DNA from: Acidimicrobiales bacterium
GTDB lineage: Bacteria > Actinomycetota > Acidimicrobiia > Acidimicrobiales > AC-14
Length of the DNA: 24,000 bases
Direction: 5' to 3'
NCBI GenBank assembly: GCA_031370985.1
Contig: JANMRJ010000542.1
Span: 1-24,000, forward strand
Shown: in pieces, positions 22,332 through 24,000 of the stretch
Position numbering within the stretch: the first letter of the stretch is position 1
Layout of the letters: the number at the start of each line of letters is the position of its first letter
Made by a program: the position numbers and the translations under genes
Notes under the pieces: model-generated
Told to the model about the DNA's origin: nothing
Database searches by the model: none
Seen by the model: the letters and a program-made list of their open reading frames with translations, nothing else

Positions 22332-23281
22332 CGGGTCGGGCCTGCGCGACGGAGGGCCACGAGCGACAGCATCTCGTAGGCGAGATTCGCCGCGACGGTC
22401 GCGGTCTGGCCGGCCGGGTCGTAGGCGGGGATGACCTCGACCACATCGAAGCCGACGAAGTCGATCCCGGTCAGGCCACGCAGGATCGCGAGCAAGTCGC
22501 GCGCCGACGGCCCGCCGGCTTCCGGCGTGCCGGTCCCGGGCGCATATGCCGGATCGACGACGTCGATGTCGAAGCTGATGAAGGCTGGGCGGTCGCCGAC
22601 TCGATCACGGATGGCACTCGCCACCGCGGCCGGGCCGAGTCGGAACAGGTCCTCGGTCGTGAGGTAGTCGAGTCCGAGCTCGGTCCGGAGTCCGGTCCAG
22701 TCCTCGGCGCCGTAGAGAGAGCCGCGCAGCCCGACCTCGATCGAGTGGTCGACGTCGACCAGGCCCTCCTCGATCGCCCGGCGCATCCACGTCCCGTGGT
22801 TGTACTTCTCCCCGAAATAAGAGTCCCACGCGTCGGTGTGCGAGTCGAAGTCGATGACGGCCACGGGCCCGCGTGAGCGCGTCGCGCGGAGGTGCGGCAG
22901 CGTGCAGGCATGATCGCCGCCGATGAGGAGCGGCACGACACCGGCCTCGACGATCGGCGCGACGGCCGCCTCGATCGCGGCGTAGCTCCGCTCGGTGTAG
23001 CCCGGCACGATCGCGATGTCGCCGTGGTCGATGCACGAAAGCACCTCGAACGGCTTCACGTTGAGGTTCGGGTTGTACGGCCGGAGCATCACGCTTGCGG
23101 CGCGGACGGCGTTCGGGCCGAACCGGCCACCGACGCGATAGGTGACGCCGGTGTCGAACGGGACGCCGACGACGGCCACATCGACGTCCGCCAGGTCACC
23201 GACCAGCGGCAGCCGGGCAAACGTCGACGGCCCCGTGAACCGCGGGCTCTGGAGCGAATCCTCGGGCGTGTAGCGCGGCAT
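22328..23281 (-). CDS. Agmatinase/guanidino-acid hydrolase (ureohydrolase/arginase family, 317 aa)
   Basis: The internal ATG at 23281 of the 22328..23353 ORF gives MPRYTPEDSLQSPRFTGPSTFARLP. Mn-binding ureohydrolase motifs are present: LLIGGDHACTLP, VIDFDSHTDAW and ISFDIDVVDPAYAPGTGTPEAGG. Substrate specificity (agmatine versus guanidinobutyrate, guanidinopropionate and similar) cannot be decided from sequence by eye. Confidence 0.9.
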   Translation of the reverse strand: MPRYTPEDSLQSPRFTGPSTFARLPLVGDLADVDVAVVGVPFDTGVTYRVGGRFGPNAVRAASVMLRPYNPNLNVKPFEVLSCIDHGDIAIVPGYTERSYAAIEAAVAPIVEAGVVPLLIGGDHACTLPHLRATRSRGPVAVIDFDSHTDAWDSYFGEKYNHGTWMRRAIEEGLVDVDHSIEVGLRGSLYGAEDWTGLRTELGLDYLTTEDLFRLGPAAVASAIRDRVGDRPAFISFDIDVVDPAYAPGTGTPEAGGPSARDLLAILRGLTGIDFVGFDVVEVIPAYDPAGQTATVAANLAYEMLSLVALRRAGPTR

Positions 23282-23300
23282 GGCCGTGAGTCTACGCAGC

Positions 23301-23320
23301 CACGCGCGGGGCCGCGCGTG
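23301..23320. promoter_or_regulatory. 20-bp near-perfect palindrome CACGCGCGG-GG-CCGCGCGTG in a 52-bp divergent intergenic region; candidate operator
   Basis: Read directly. The 9-bp arms are perfect reverse complements. It is roughly centred between the agmatinase-family start (23281, minus) and the alcohol dehydrogenase start (23334, plus). Confidence 0.4.
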
Positions 23321-23333
23321 CGATCCTGCGTCG

Positions 23334-24000
23334 ATGACCGACCAGACGACCACGATCCGCGCCGCCGTCCTCGACCGGCCGGGCGTGCCGGTCCGGATCG
23401 AGGACCTCGAGCTCGACCCGCCGGGGCCGGGTGAGGTCCGGGTCCGAATGGCGGCGGCGGGGGTCTGCCACTCGGATCTCCACGTTCGCGACGGCGAGTG
23501 GGAGCGTGGCGGCCCGATCGTCCTCGGTCACGAGGGCTCGGCGATCGTCGAGGCACTCGGTGAGGGCGTTGCGGCGGCGTTTCCCGGGCTCCGGCCCGGC
23601 GCCATGGTCGCGCTGGCCTGGCTGATCCCGTGCGGCGCGTGCCGTGCCTGCCGTGCCGGGCGTGTCTGGAGCTGCTCGGCCAGCCCGTCGTATACCCATC
23701 GGATGCCCGACGGGGAGGCGGCGCTGCATCGACCGGCCGATGGCTCCGCGGTGCTCACGTACTGCGCGATCGGCACGTTCGCGGACCGCCAGAACGTGCC
23801 GGCCGCGGCCGCGATCCCGGTCCCCGACGGCACGCCGCCGGAGGTCGCCGCGCTCATCGGCTGCTGCGTCACGACGGGCGTCGGCGCGGCGACGAAGACC
23901 GCCGACGTCCAGCCAGGCTCGTCGGTCGTCGTGATCGGCCTCGGCGGGGTCGGGCTGTCGTGTGTAATGGGCGCTGCGCTCGCCTGTGCAGGAACAATCG
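23334..24000 (+). CDS. Zinc-dependent alcohol dehydrogenase (MDR family), N-terminal 222 codons; runs off window end
   Basis: Absent from the track because it has no stop in the window. Hand translation from ATG 23334 gives MTDQTTTIRAAVLDRPGVPVRIEDLELDPPGPGEVRVRMAAAGVCHSDLHVRDGEWERGGPIVLGHEGSAIVEALGEGV.... The catalytic Zn motifs are GVCHSDLH and GHEGSA. The structural Zn site is CGACRACRAGRVWSC (C-x2-C-x2-C-x7-C). The start of the Rossmann fold is VVVIGLGGVGLS. Confidence 0.88.
   Translation, partial: MTDQTTTIRAAVLDRPGVPVRIEDLELDPPGPGEVRVRMAAAGVCHSDLHVRDGEWERGGPIVLGHEGSAIVEALGEGVAAAFPGLRPGAMVALAWLIPCGACRACRAGRVWSCSASPSYTHRMPDGEAALHRPADGSAVLTYCAIGTFADRQNVPAAAAIPVPDGTPPEVAALIGCCVTTGVGAATKTADVQPGSSVVVIGLGGVGLSCVMGAALACAGTI

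Noticed and set aside
18774-22446. Shadow ORFs 18774..19874 (-), 19871..20737 (-), 21159..22379 (+) and 21400..22446 (-), and the upstream extensions 18941..19909 and 17170..17967 of the track ORFs
   Set aside because: All are Arg/Pro/Asp-rich. They lie antisense or out of frame to genes with clear family motifs (CodA, NCS1 permease, NodB deacetylase, cupredoxin). The true starts are internal ATGs with ATGA coupling or an SD.

Overview
This is a high-GC (roughly 70% by hand estimate) bacterial chromosomal window with Actinomycetota-like codon bias. GC3 is very high, so nearly every real gene throws a long Arg/Pro/Gly-rich shadow ORF on the opposite strand or in another frame. Most of the long ORFs in the supplied track are artefacts of this kind. 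I support 24 protein-coding genes, one of them a 38-codon ORF absent from the track. I see no rRNA, tRNA, CRISPR, transposase, integrase or phage genes. Layout: (1) A minus-strand module from 5128 to 1 holds an OmpR-type response regulator, a short-loop histidine kinase, a lipoprotein, two different ABC ATPases and an FtsX/MacB-type permease that runs off the left edge. The RR-HK pair and the lipoprotein-to-permease genes are each joined by ATGA/TGATG overlaps; a 71-nt gap separates the kinase from the lipoprotein gene. (2) cydA-cydB is followed by a translationally coupled 144-aa unknown. (3) A convergent GH18-like membrane-anchored hydrolase has a C-terminus encoded by a 24-bp tandem repeat. 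(4) A small PH-like protein follows. (5) The most interesting locus is an XRE-HTH + TPR regulator (10815-12143) divergently paired with the 38-codon ORF (10551-10667). That ORF has a strong Shine-Dalgarno, a Sec-type signal peptide and a 9-residue tail DGGGGPIPK. This is the architecture of an RRNPP / Rgg-SHP-type peptide signalling cassette, seen here outside the low-GC Gram-positives where such cassettes are known. (6) A glycine-rich membrane protein, an OmpR-type RR and an intramembrane-type HK are followed by an M14 carboxypeptidase, a DUF2330-like protein and a small cupredoxin. (7) A codA-like deaminase and an NCS1 permease lie convergent with a polysaccharide-deacetylase-family gene and an agmatinase-family ureohydrolase. 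That pair is divergent from a Zn-alcohol dehydrogenase that runs off the right edge. All functional calls come from motif recognition by eye, since no database search was possible.
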